A stretch of DNA of 64,000 nt from Candidatus Woesearchaeota archaeon (GCA_964612685.1 CAZTCF010000003.1:3685-67684), one strand, 5' to 3'; counted from the stretch's first letter, positions 1-9,103 are shown. Numbers and translations are program-made. Notes: generated from the sequence alone by a model not told the origin.

Positions 1-49
1 GAATGGTTTGTTCGCTAGAACTTTAACCAGGCTGAGCTACGGAGCCATA
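1..49 (-). repeat. 49-nt direct repeat, copy A; the minus strand carries a tRNA-like 5' end (acceptor 5' strand plus D-arm 5' half); runs off the window edge
   Basis: Identical 49/49 to 72..120. The minus strand reads TAT-GGCTCCG-TA-GCTC-AGCCTGGTTA-AAGTTCTAGCGAACAAACCATTC. No D-stem 3' strand, anticodon arm or T-arm is visible inside the window. Confidence 0.6.
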
Positions 50-71
50 TCAGTGTTTGGCGAAGTAATCA

Positions 72-120
72 GAATGGTTTGTTCGCTAGAACTTTAACCA
101 GGCTGAGCTACGGAGCCATA
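72..120 (-). repeat. 49-nt direct repeat, copy B; a tRNA-like 5' fragment that cannot be a complete tRNA, because copy A starts 22 nt downstream
   Basis: Identical to 1..49. The tRNA-like +1 G is at position 117. The 22-nt spacer (50..71) has no tRNA features. Confidence 0.6.
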
Positions 121-142
121 CTTCAGAAAAAGATACAATTAC

Positions 143-151
143 TTTATAAAA
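143..151 (-). promoter_or_regulatory. TATA-like box (TTTTATAAA on the minus strand) about 26 nt upstream of the tRNA-like 5' end at 117
   Basis: The spacing fits an archaeal TATA-to-start distance. The same box type recurs upstream of many genes in this window. Confidence 0.4.
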
Positions 152-174
152 TTATCCAATACACCACAATTATC

Positions 175-182
175 TTTATAAT
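175..182 (+). promoter_or_regulatory. TATA-like box (TTTATAAT) about 22-29 nt upstream of the ATG at 204; the mRNA would be near-leaderless
   Basis: Position relative to the ORF start. Confidence 0.35.
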
Positions 183-203
183 TATGAAACCTTACAAAAA
201 ATA

Positions 204-773
204 ATGTATCTAGAAGAATTATTTTTAAAAAAAGAAGAGCTGCCTATTCTTTACAAAACTTGTTTTCAAGTACCAATACATGTAAAATTACTTGACCCCA
301 CATTAAAACTAGATACATCCATAGCCCAAAGAATTTTTCCTGAAGTTGCAGAAGAGTGGTATGAAGAATTAAAAAAATATAATCCAGAAGACAAAGAGGA
401 AAAAAAGTGGATTGATGATGTATTTTTAAAAGAGAAACCTATTATAGAAAAACATTATAATCATCAGATATTCAATTTTTGGCAAGATGATGTAAACCTT
501 GCTGAAAATGGTCTAGTGACTTGTTTCTCAATAAACAGAAATGCTGGAGGAAGTATTTATTTTTATGAGGAAGACTTAAACTGCCAATCAATAGGTTCAG
601 CATACATTCATTTCCCTAATGAAAAATACAAAGAATTTAAACCAGAAAATCAAGACAACTTATTTGTTTACTCAAGCCACAATATAGACCATTATCCCGG
701 AGCACTATTTTTAAGAAATTGGGCAATAAAATATATGAATGAAGTTTTCAAACAACATCTTCAAGAGTCTTGA
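204..773 (+). CDS. hypothetical protein (189 aa)
   Basis: Long ORF with no recognisable motif. Confidence 0.6.
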   Translation: MYLEELFLKKEELPILYKTCFQVPIHVKLLDPTLKLDTSIAQRIFPEVAEEWYEELKKYNPEDKEEKKWIDDVFLKEKPIIEKHYNHQIFNFWQDDVNLAENGLVTCFSINRNAGGSIYFYEEDLNCQSIGSAYIHFPNEKYKEFKPENQDNLFVYSSHNIDHYPGALFLRNWAIKYMNEVFKQHLQES

Positions 774-1026
774 TATGCTTCATTAAATCTCTAGCAAGCT
801 CCTCACCAATATCTCCTATCCATTCATCTCTATTTTGTATTTTGATAAGTTCGCAATCATGAACCTTTGAATTAAATATTTCTTCCACGTTACATCTACT
901 AACTGCTTCTCCACTCAATATTCCCATTGTACCATTCAAATGATTTTTATAAGTTATGAAATATTTTTGAGGAGAATCAGAATCTTCATTTAAATAATCA
1001 TTGCCTATATTGCTTTCAAAATCCAT
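748..1026 (-). CDS. hypothetical protein; start moved to the first ATG (MDFESN...)
   Basis: The ORF-track start at 1068 is a TTG. The ATG at 1026 has a TATAAAA-like box about 20-27 nt upstream. Confidence 0.4.
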   Translation of the reverse strand: MDFESNIGNDYLNEDSDSPQKYFITYKNHLNGTMGILSGEAVSRCNVEEIFNSKVHDCELIKIQNRDEWIGDIGEELARDLMKHIKTLEDVV

Positions 1027-1078
1027 AATAATTCCAATAATCAATATTTTATAAGAATTGTTATACAAAATTACTAGT

Positions 1079-1390
1079 TCATAAAAATTTCTTTAATTTC
1101 TCACTAAAATCATCTTCGCTCATAGCCCCAACAAAATTAGCAACAACTTTCCCATCTTTAAACAAAACAAAATTTGGAATTGAAGAAACATTAAATTTTT
1201 GAGCAATAGCATGTCCGTCTTCCACATTAACTTTTCCAACTTTCAACTTGTTTCCGAACTTTTCTGCAACATCCTCAACAATAGGTCCCATCATAACACA
1301 GGGCATACACCAGTCTGCATAAAAGTCAATCAATGCCGTTCCTTCTTTTATAAATTCATTGAATTCCCCGTTCGTTAATTCTGTAACCAT
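1079..1390 (-). CDS. trxA: thioredoxin
   Basis: 103 aa. Active-site motif W-C-M-P-C (a WCGPC variant). Flanks typical of the thioredoxin fold (FYADWC..C, IPNFVLFKDGK). Confidence 0.9.
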   Translation of the reverse strand: MVTELTNGEFNEFIKEGTALIDFYADWCMPCVMMGPIVEDVAEKFGNKLKVGKVNVEDGHAIAQKFNVSSIPNFVLFKDGKVVANFVGAMSEDDFSEKLKKFL

Positions 1391-1439
1391 GTTGTTTATA
1401 GAAATATCGTGTTTTTAAAATTGTTGGTTTTTAATTAAA

Positions 1440-3047
1440 TTATAACTTATCTTCAATCCCTTTTATTCTTAAATCTTGAAAGTTTTTATGCATCTCCTCA
1501 TTATAATTTCTTAACCTCTGATTAATCTTCATACAATTTTTACCCTGATAACTTAATTCAGGACAGAATCCAGTATAATGACATTTAGGAGATATTAAAT
1601 CCGGATAAGGTAAAACGCTCTTCACTATTTTTGATTCTTTTTCAGTTATTTCTCTCATTTCAGCCTCTGCGGTTCCGCATAATCTCAAAGACATATAACC
1701 CGTTGTAAGATTGTACAAATCATAATTCTTAACATTCATCATCTTAATTCCACGAGGGATTATTGCAATCGCTTCACTTTCTTTCACCCCAGAATCTATC
1801 AATTTCTGATAAACATTGAGAGAATTTGAAAACTCCCTTGTCCATAATTCAAAATTATCTTTATTTTTCTCAATAGAACTTGGAATTGACAAAACACTTC
1901 TCCAATAATCAGGGTTTTCTCCAGCAATATCTTCATCAAACGCTAAATTCTTTGCTCTATTTACAGCATGATAGATTGATTCGGTATCTTGTGAAAGAGT
2001 TCTATGTCTCTTAACCTCTCCCCACACTCTCCAAGGAATATTTGATGCTATCTTAATATTAACAGTGGTATTAAAATCCCCTACAATTTCTTCTAAATCT
2101 CCAAGAATTCCCTTCCATCCTTCTTGAATTAAAGAGGGATTTAAGAAAATCTCATTTCTTTTCTCAAAATAATTCTTTAATCTTCTTTCAAATTCCGGAC
2201 TTTTTTCGATCTCTGAAGAAATTAATTGAGGAGAATAAAGCTGTTCAAAATTTTTCCATCTATCTGATTCAAGAATTTCTTCTGCATAATTCTTATCCAC
2301 TCCTCTAACATCCCTGAATATATTCGGATGTACACACCCTGTTCTCGGGGCTTGCTTTCTGGCCTCATAAATAGTCCTCATTCCATGTTCTCTAACAAAG
2401 TTTTCCAATTGAGATATAACTTCTTTACCTTCTTCAGGCATCGCTTCAGGATCTCTTTCTGCAAGTTTTGAAAAATGTATTAATGTTTCAAGAGGCATAA
2501 ACATAAATCCTCCCCCCTTATGTCCATATTGAACAATCTTTGCTGCTTCTTCTTTTGGAACTCCCTTTGTCTGTAAAAATTCGTAAGCCTCAATATTTCT
2601 TTCAGATTGTTTTAAATATAAATTAGTTAATTCTTCTCCTTTTTCTGCAATTGTCTTTGGGATAACAATTGCTTCCTTAGTTACAGGAACTCTTCTTCCG
2701 GAAGGCATCAATGAACTTCCGAAAACAGCAGTTGTGAAAATTGAATCGACAAACTTTGAGCTATCTCCTTCCAAAAAAGCCCAGAAACCCGGAGTTGTAG
2801 CCATAGAAGCATGCCCAGAACTCCCAACCTTTATGAGCATTTTTCTAACTTTATTACTTATATCGACATCGGACTTTTTTAAATCAATCAATTCTCTTAA
2901 AGCACCAGTATCTTTGTAAGTTATGTTTGCAGCACCATAAACAAATTCATCAGGTGTAACTGTTATCTTTTTTCCTTCCTCACCTTCAAATTCTAATACA
3001 GGACCATAAGAAATAACATCGACTTTAGGATTTATTATTACAGCCAT
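1440..3047 (-). CDS. thyX: FAD-dependent thymidylate synthase ThyX-like, double length (535 aa)
   Basis: ThyX signature RHR-xx-S-xxxx-S-x-Y is present as KRHRTLSQDTESIYH near residue 350. The N-terminal half has a GH.S...F.F..G.S-like segment (SSGHASMATTPGFWAFLEGDSS) but no RHR motif. It sits among other dNTP-metabolism genes. Confidence 0.75.
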   Translation of the reverse strand: MAVIINPKVDVISYGPVLEFEGEEGKKITVTPDEFVYGAANITYKDTGALRELIDLKKSDVDISNKVRKMLIKVGSSGHASMATTPGFWAFLEGDSSKFVDSIFTTAVFGSSLMPSGRRVPVTKEAIVIPKTIAEKGEELTNLYLKQSERNIEAYEFLQTKGVPKEEAAKIVQYGHKGGGFMFMPLETLIHFSKLAERDPEAMPEEGKEVISQLENFVREHGMRTIYEARKQAPRTGCVHPNIFRDVRGVDKNYAEEILESDRWKNFEQLYSPQLISSEIEKSPEFERRLKNYFEKRNEIFLNPSLIQEGWKGILGDLEEIVGDFNTTVNIKIASNIPWRVWGEVKRHRTLSQDTESIYHAVNRAKNLAFDEDIAGENPDYWRSVLSIPSSIEKNKDNFELWTREFSNSLNVYQKLIDSGVKESEAIAIIPRGIKMMNVKNYDLYNLTTGYMSLRLCGTAEAEMREITEKESKIVKSVLPYPDLISPKCHYTGFCPELSYQGKNCMKINQRLRNYNEEMHKNFQDLRIKGIEDKL

Positions 3048-3049
3048 TT

Positions 3050-3457
3050 TTATTCTCCTTTTTTATATTCATCTCTTACTTGTTTAATTATATCTAAATA
3101 TTCAATACTTTCCCTTAAAACTCCAATAGTATCTTTAAGAGAGGTATTCGATGTCATATCATACTGCTGATCTTCAAATCCATAAACCAGACAAGGAATT
3201 GTTCCAAGAGTTTCATATTCTTTTAATAATCTCAAAGCAGTAATCTTTCTATCTGAAAACCACTTTGTAAAATTTACATCATCTAATTTTAATATTTTCT
3301 CAATATCAGACCTAATAGGATTTTTAATTCTTGGCTCTCCAAAGAATTCTCCAGAGTGTTTCCTTTCAAGCTTCTCCATCTCTTCTTTTGTATCGTCCTT
3401 AAAACCATCAACAGCAGGATATTTTAGTTTCCATTCCGGATGCGCTTTTATTGGCAT
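3050..3457 (-). CDS. hypothetical protein (135 aa), 2 nt downstream of thyX
   Basis: Tightly packed, co-directional ORF with no recognised motif. Confidence 0.6.
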   Translation of the reverse strand: MPIKAHPEWKLKYPAVDGFKDDTKEEMEKLERKHSGEFFGEPRIKNPIRSDIEKILKLDDVNFTKWFSDRKITALRLLKEYETLGTIPCLVYGFEDQQYDMTSNTSLKDTIGVLRESIEYLDIIKQVRDEYKKGE

Positions 3458-3557
3458 GAATTGTGAAGATCAATTTCTTTTATAAAGATAATTGAACTTG
3501 AAAATAGATATATTATTATGCACAAATACTTTTAAAGAAAATATTCTAAAACAAGAT

Positions 3558-4049
3558 ATGCCATTAGAACAAAAGTATGATTATGTGATTCCTAACCATA
3601 TAAAAAAGATTAAAGCACCAGAGGATCAAATTCTTGCATTACTAAGAGATGTAAAATCAAATGTTGCTCTTCTTAACATGGATATTAGAAGATTAAGTTT
3701 GCAGGATGTTTCAAATATAATTGAAAGAGGAGAATTAATTTTTCCTAAAATTATCTCAGATGGAAATAAAGAAGTTAAAATTAATTATAATGTTGACTTA
3801 TCAAAAGCAAAACAATTAATTAATGATTACAAATACAAATCCGAAGGAGGATGCCAATCATGCATTTATATAAGAGGATTTATGCCACTTCAAGATGAAC
3901 ATGTAACTTTCTGTAGCAAATATGAACAAAGTGATGCTATAGATTCGGGTTTTTCTCCTAGGATTGATAAATTCTATAAAGCTGGTTGCGAAGATAAAGA
4001 AAGTAAAATAAAAAGAAAATTAGAAAACCTCTTAGAAGGACAAGCTTAA
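3558..4049 (+). CDS. hypothetical protein; start uncertain (the track start at 3492 is a TTG, the first ATG is at 3558)
   Basis: ORF with a TTTATAAAG box near 3479. C-terminal Cys pairs are present (GGCQSCIY, FCSKYE, AGCEDK). Confidence 0.45.
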   Translation: MPLEQKYDYVIPNHIKKIKAPEDQILALLRDVKSNVALLNMDIRRLSLQDVSNIIERGELIFPKIISDGNKEVKINYNVDLSKAKQLINDYKYKSEGGCQSCIYIRGFMPLQDEHVTFCSKYEQSDAIDSGFSPRIDKFYKAGCEDKESKIKRKLENLLEGQA

Positions 4050-4627
4050 TTCTGTTTTTCAATTTTACCCTTACTAGTCATTCTCCCACCCTGGTGCTGT
4101 CCAGAATATTCTCTTTTAATCTCTCCAAGAACAGTTTGCCAATAAATTTTAAACATCCTTGCACCCAATTCAAAATCAAAATCATAATCGCTGTTATTTG
4201 AAATACCAAATACCAACTGTCCAGAATATCCAGGATTTGTAGTTGAACAAGCCAAACTAACCCCTCCCTTTTGAAGGGAAACTCTTGGTTTTATATCTGG
4301 GATTATATATCCTTTAGGCTCTCCTGGTTGATAAAGTATTTTTTCTCCAGGGCAATTTATCTTTTCAATTGTTCTAACTAAAAAATTTTCTCTTGGATGA
4401 AGAGTAATCCTTTTGTTCCCATCAACTTCAATATCCCCAATAACCTCTGTCTTTGGAGAGTATCTATCAGTAATACCAAGAAAACTTTCTCCACAAATCT
4501 TCTCAACTCTTCCAACCCTTAATTCTAAATCAATACCTTCAGGATTTTCATATTCTCTCTCGCTTAACCCTTCTATAAGATTATACTCTTTGTTTAACTC
4601 TAAAACTTTAAGTGCAGATAATATCAT
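4046..4627 (-). CDS. dcd: dCTP deaminase / dUTPase-fold protein (Dcd-like)
   Basis: PRVSLQKGGV, NPGYSGQLVFGISNNSDYDFDFELGARMFKI and the C-terminal YSGQHQGG are typical Dcd-family segments. Confidence 0.8.
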   Translation of the reverse strand: MILSALKVLELNKEYNLIEGLSEREYENPEGIDLELRVGRVEKICGESFLGITDRYSPKTEVIGDIEVDGNKRITLHPRENFLVRTIEKINCPGEKILYQPGEPKGYIIPDIKPRVSLQKGGVSLACSTTNPGYSGQLVFGISNNSDYDFDFELGARMFKIYWQTVLGEIKREYSGQHQGGRMTSKGKIEKQN

Positions 4628-4683
4628 TTTATTTAACTAAAATATCTCTTCTATTTTAAAAATATAATTACAATACAATATGC

Positions 4684-5100
4684 TTATTTAACCCCAGTAC
4701 TTCCAAATCCACCCTCTCCTCTTACGCTTTCAGAAAGTTCTTGAACTTCTTCAAATTCAACAGTGGGAAAAGGTAAAACAATTATTTGACCAATCTTGTC
4801 CCCTATCTGATAATCATCCTCTCCAAGTTTATTGAATCTTATGACTAATTCTCCTCTATATCCAGAATCTAAAATCCCGACTGAATTCTTAAGCATTAAA
4901 TCTTTATTTGTTACACTGCTCCTTGCAAAAATAAGCATAACATAGCCTTCAGGCATTTCAAAAGATAATCCTGTTCCATACTCCAAAAATTTTTCTGTTT
5001 CTTTTTTAGAAATCGAATAAACATCCATACCTGCATCTCCGGGATGTGCATATTTTGGAATAATCGCATCAGGATGCAATTTTTTTATTTTTATTTTCAT
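4684..5100 (-). CDS. dut: dUTP diphosphatase (trimeric dUTPase)
   Basis: Canonical motifs AGMDV, ARSS, LDSGYRGEL and RGEGGFGSTG. Confidence 0.92.
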   Translation of the reverse strand: MKIKIKKLHPDAIIPKYAHPGDAGMDVYSISKKETEKFLEYGTGLSFEMPEGYVMLIFARSSVTNKDLMLKNSVGILDSGYRGELVIRFNKLGEDDYQIGDKIGQIIVLPFPTVEFEEVQELSESVRGEGGFGSTGVK

Positions 5101-5112
5101 GTTAAAAAAATC

Positions 5113-5439
5113 TTACCTAAACAAATTTTCAAGCAATTTAATTGCATTTTCTCTTGTATGTGGAAAATCACAATCAGAGCAATCCCAAATTTTCCCCTCG
5201 TGATTATCAATATATTTTCCTTTTAAACTATTTATTTTGCATGCACCTTCCTTGACAGTTCTATCATAATTTGGACAATAACAGAAAAAACAATTTAAGC
5301 TTTCAAGGTTATGGCATTTAACATCCTGTTCATAACAAATACATCCATGAAGATTAACTTTCTTTTGATTTTCATAATCATGATTATCAATAATACCCTC
5401 AACATTTTTATTGATAATTTCAGTTGCTAATTCATGCAT
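5113..5439 (-). CDS. small cysteine-rich (probably metal-binding) protein
   Basis: 108 aa with clustered Cys (GCICY, KCHN, NCFFCYCPNY, GACK, WDCSDCDF). It resembles the archaeal 'cysteine-rich small domain' family; this is tentative. Confidence 0.6.
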   Translation of the reverse strand: MHELATEIINKNVEGIIDNHDYENQKKVNLHGCICYEQDVKCHNLESLNCFFCYCPNYDRTVKEGACKINSLKGKYIDNHEGKIWDCSDCDFPHTRENAIKLLENLFR

Positions 5440-5445
5440 TTTAAA

Positions 5446-8400
5446 TCACGCTCCACACCCTCCAACCTTATCCCCGCAAGTTTTACATTCAAAACAATTA
5501 GGTCCTGATTGAATCATGACGTTACCACACCCAGAACAAGTCTTTCCCCTTGAATTATTCTTTCCATTACCATTGCCATTTGGTAAACTAAATGCCTCTC
5601 CCTCAACAAATCCCCCTGTTTCAGAATCCTTTAAAACATCATCTATATTCCATTCGTCAATGTCCCTTCTTCTATAAGTTCTAAATGCCCCATTTTTAGC
5701 TCCTCTTAATTCATTAAGATTTATTTTATCTATCAAAGCATGTTCAGCCATCTCTTTATCTCCAAGATATTCTAATCTTAAAACTTTGTAAGCAAAATCC
5801 AAAGGTGAACTTGCAGTTTTTATATATGGATGTCCTATAACTAATCCGTTTGGCTCGAATTGTTGTCCTCCCCATCCTTCGATAGCATCTTCAAGACTTA
5901 AACCTCTTTTCAATGCTTTCGAGGCAGAAATACCTGTGGTTGTAAGTATAGCTCCTAAAGTTGAACCTGCCTTATAACTCAAAAAGGTTATTTGTCCAGG
6001 ACGTCCATCATCATACTCGCTTGTTATAATATGGAAAGGTGTTCCTCCTATCTGAACCTCCCATTCAAAGGCTTTTCTTCTATGATCTAACTCTTCTTTC
6101 TCTCCTCTGTTCAATTTCTTATGACTTTTGCCTCCAAAATCAACAGCACTTATTGGTTTACTATTATTTCTGAAAACAGTTATTCCTTTAAGTCCCAATT
6201 CATACCCTTTAATGTAGGAATCATAAATATCCTTAACCGTAGCGTTCTCAGGGAGATTATTTGTTTTTGAAATTGCACCAGATATGAAAGGTTGAGCTGC
6301 AGCCATCATCCCAAGATGCCCGTCCATACTTATACTTCCCTCTGCCTTTGCGTTTCCAAATGCAGTATCAAAAATTTGAGCATGTTCTGGCTTTACATGG
6401 GGAGCATTTCTTATTGTATTGTACTTCCCCACAAATTTAGAAATATCGGCAATTTCACTTTCATTGTATTTTAAATTTTTCAAAGCAGTTTCAACATCCT
6501 TATTTGCAATTACAACATTCCCTCCTCCAGCCAAATTTTTTCTTATACTCAAAGACATTGCTGGCTCAATTCCAGTTGTACTGCAACCCATCAAGAAAGA
6601 TATGGTACCTGTTGGAGCAAGAACTGTCGCCTGTGCGTTACTAAATCCGTATCTTTCCCCATTCTCGAGAACATTTTCCCAGGACTTATAAGCAGCTTCT
6701 TTTAATTTTTCATCTCCAACCTCTTCCCACAATATATTATCAAGACTTTTCTTGTGTTTCTCCATAACTTCCAACATTGGCTTTTTATTGAATTCATAAT
6801 GTGTAAAAGTTCCCTTTGACTTTGCAATCTCTGTAGAGGTTTCATAAACTGCTCCAGTCATTAATGCGGTTAAAGCTCCAGCAACTGCTCTCCCCTTATC
6901 CGAATCATAAGGAATTCCTTTTCTCATTAACAAAGAACCCAAGTCAGCATACCCTGCCCCGATAGTTGCAAATTCCGGACTTACCATTGCAATATCTGCA
7001 ACAGGATAAGATGCAGCTTGATTTGCAATATTTTGTGCTATTGAAAAAATCTTGTAAGCCTTCTTGTATCCTTCCACATCAAAGCTTCCATCTTCTTTTA
7101 AAAAATGAGTAAGTCTCTGCGAAAATAAACTACAAGAGGTATCATTTAAAAAAGCATACTCTCCACATGGATTTGTAGAAGTTTGTTTTCCTGAATTTTT
7201 AGCAGTATGCATTTCTTGTATCTTTGAATCATATTGAACGGCTGGGTCCCCTATTCTCCAACTTCCAAAAGCAATTTCTTTCAACATCCTATCAGCAGAA
7301 AATTTCTTGTTTGGTTTTCCATCGTTAACATTATATGTTTGTATATCTTCTCCATTTTTAACTGCTTCAAAGAAATCATCATCTAATCTTACAGAGATAT
7401 TTGTATTTTGAAGCGCAACAGTTGTGTATGCCTCTCCGTCCATTCCAGGACTAAATCCATTTTGCATCAAAGTTAATGCTTTCTTATCCTCATTTACTTT
7501 AGCTTTTATTACATCCATTGATTCTGGATGTTTATAATCAATACCTAAAAATCTTGCAGCCCTTCTAGTCTTACCACCGGATTTAATTGAACCTGCAACT
7601 TTATCATATATAACTTCAAAACTCACAACCCCCGAAGCTTTCCCCCCTCCAGATAAACTCTCTCCATTACTTCTTATTGAACTTCCATTATGTCCATTTC
7701 CTGAACCTGAACTAAAGATAGCAACCTCATCTGTTGTTTGCTGAGCAAGACTTTCTAAATCATCTCTTGGTCCTCTTATGAAACATGCATGTAACTGAGG
7801 GTGAATATACTCCCCGTTCAAAACCCTTTTTATTTCTCCTGTTTCAGGATCCTTAATGTAATTCATACCAGAACTTCCTTCTATTCCATAAGAATTAAAC
7901 AACCCTGCATTGAATTGTGTCGGCGAGTTAAATGCTCCTGCCCCATTTGCCTGTAAAAAATACAGTTCATTTCTGAAATTTTCTCTGTCTTCTTCAGTCT
8001 TAAAGTATCCTAATTTCCAACCCTCATCAGCAAAAAAATCCCCCACTCTTTTATTAAGATGTTTCAAAGAAAATTCATATTCAGAACCAATTTTTCCCTT
8101 AAGCTTTTCTTTCCATTCACTTTTTGTTGGTTTAAAGAAATATTTATCTGCAACAATTGAAGCATCAATATCATTCATCCATTCTGGAATTTCAGCATTT
8201 TTCATTTCAAATTTTGCTTTTCCTGTATTGAAATCTTCAATTCTTAAATGTCTTTCATTGTACTTTACAGAATCAAGGGGATTTTCATAATCTTTTGAAA
8301 AATATCTTTCAACTGTCAACCCTTCCTTCGGAGAGGTATCATGATAAATTCTCCCTACATCGAATCTATCTAAATACTGTTTTCCCTTAAGGTTATAAAC

Positions 8401-8616
8401 CAAAATTTCCCCATTAGATATTGCAGCATCCAATTTCTCTTTACTTAACCCCTCATTATCAATGACTTTGTAAGAATCCTCGATTAAAATATGTCTTTGT
8501 TTATCATAAGAACCTAAGAACATTGGAGAGTATTTTTTAACATCATCATTCAAAGAAATAGGTTTATACTTTGGAACAAATTTCTTCTCTAAATTCCCTT
8601 CCTCATTTTTCACCAT
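5446..8616 (-). CDS. nrdJ: adenosylcobalamin-dependent ribonucleotide reductase, class II
   Basis: 1056 aa with the active-site segment TNPCGEYAF, long RNR-like core blocks, and a C-terminal Cys-rich tail (CSGCG...CFECKTCG...GGCGA). Confidence 0.93.
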   Translation of the reverse strand: MVKNEEGNLEKKFVPKYKPISLNDDVKKYSPMFLGSYDKQRHILIEDSYKVIDNEGLSKEKLDAAISNGEILVYNLKGKQYLDRFDVGRIYHDTSPKEGLTVERYFSKDYENPLDSVKYNERHLRIEDFNTGKAKFEMKNAEIPEWMNDIDASIVADKYFFKPTKSEWKEKLKGKIGSEYEFSLKHLNKRVGDFFADEGWKLGYFKTEEDRENFRNELYFLQANGAGAFNSPTQFNAGLFNSYGIEGSSGMNYIKDPETGEIKRVLNGEYIHPQLHACFIRGPRDDLESLAQQTTDEVAIFSSGSGNGHNGSSIRSNGESLSGGGKASGVVSFEVIYDKVAGSIKSGGKTRRAARFLGIDYKHPESMDVIKAKVNEDKKALTLMQNGFSPGMDGEAYTTVALQNTNISVRLDDDFFEAVKNGEDIQTYNVNDGKPNKKFSADRMLKEIAFGSWRIGDPAVQYDSKIQEMHTAKNSGKQTSTNPCGEYAFLNDTSCSLFSQRLTHFLKEDGSFDVEGYKKAYKIFSIAQNIANQAASYPVADIAMVSPEFATIGAGYADLGSLLMRKGIPYDSDKGRAVAGALTALMTGAVYETSTEIAKSKGTFTHYEFNKKPMLEVMEKHKKSLDNILWEEVGDEKLKEAAYKSWENVLENGERYGFSNAQATVLAPTGTISFLMGCSTTGIEPAMSLSIRKNLAGGGNVVIANKDVETALKNLKYNESEIADISKFVGKYNTIRNAPHVKPEHAQIFDTAFGNAKAEGSISMDGHLGMMAAAQPFISGAISKTNNLPENATVKDIYDSYIKGYELGLKGITVFRNNSKPISAVDFGGKSHKKLNRGEKEELDHRRKAFEWEVQIGGTPFHIITSEYDDGRPGQITFLSYKAGSTLGAILTTTGISASKALKRGLSLEDAIEGWGGQQFEPNGLVIGHPYIKTASSPLDFAYKVLRLEYLGDKEMAEHALIDKINLNELRGAKNGAFRTYRRRDIDEWNIDDVLKDSETGGFVEGEAFSLPNGNGNGKNNSRGKTCSGCGNVMIQSGPNCFECKTCGDKVGGCGA

Positions 8617-8620
8617 CTTA

Positions 8621-9058
8621 TTATAACCCTTTCATCTCCTGTTTAAAATCTTTTATATCCTGGAATTGTCTATATACAGATGCAAATCTTACATAAGCTA
8701 TGTCATCAAGCTTCTTCAATTTTTTCATAACTAATTCTCCTATAACTGAAGTTTGAACCTCTTTTTTTCCTATTTTTCTTATTTGTTCATCAATTTCATT
8801 AATCATTTGGTTTATTTTTTCCTGCGGGACTGGACGTTTTTCAAGAGCCCTTTCAATTCCGGCTTCTAATTTTTTTAAATCAAATTTTTCCCTACGCCCA
8901 TCTTTCTTTATAACATATAAATCGCTTCTTTCAACTCTTTCATATGTGGTAAACCTTTTTTTACATTTCAAGCACTCTCTTCTCCTTCTTATACCATCAG
9001 GAGAACTTCTTTTATCAGTAACCTTTGATTCTTTATTAGCACAATATGGACAATTCAT
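8621..9058 (-). CDS. nrdR: transcriptional repressor NrdR (zinc ribbon plus ATP-cone)
   Basis: MNCPYC...CLKCKKRFTTYERVE zinc ribbon followed by an ATP-cone (VIKKDGRREKFD...). The ATG at 9058 has AAAGAGGGG about 8 nt upstream. The longer track ORF starts at a GTG. Confidence 0.9.
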   Translation of the reverse strand: MNCPYCANKESKVTDKRSSPDGIRRRRECLKCKKRFTTYERVERSDLYVIKKDGRREKFDLKKLEAGIERALEKRPVPQEKINQMINEIDEQIRKIGKKEVQTSVIGELVMKKLKKLDDIAYVRFASVYRQFQDIKDFKQEMKGL

Positions 9059-9077
9059 GTTATTTTTCCCCTCTTTA

Positions 9078-9103
9078 ATCATATACAAGATGTTGTATAT
9101 GAT
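9078..9103. promoter_or_regulatory. perfect 11-4-11 inverted repeat ATCATATACAA-GATG-TTGTATATGAT; candidate operator of the nrdR-nrdJ operon
   Basis: Lies 20-45 nt upstream of the nrdR ATG and downstream of a TTAAATA box (minus strand, about 9123..9136). A partial second copy AATATACAAG is at about 9197. Confidence 0.45.

Noticed and set aside
1-120. Could the 49-nt repeat be a CRISPR array?
   Set aside because: Only two copies are visible, the repeat is 49 nt with a 22-nt spacer, and it is clearly tRNA-like. No cas genes are nearby.
6292-8290. Plus-strand ORFs 6292..6474, 6419..6691 and 7910..8290
   Set aside because: They lie entirely antisense within nrdJ, have low-complexity Ser/Phe/Leu-rich translations, and lack start context.
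5446-8616. An intein or other insertion in the 1056-aa class II RNR
   Set aside because: I saw no intein block motifs (no Cys/Ser-start ... HN-Cys/Ser/Thr junction pattern with a homing-endonuclease region). The length is within the range of intein-free NrdJ proteins.
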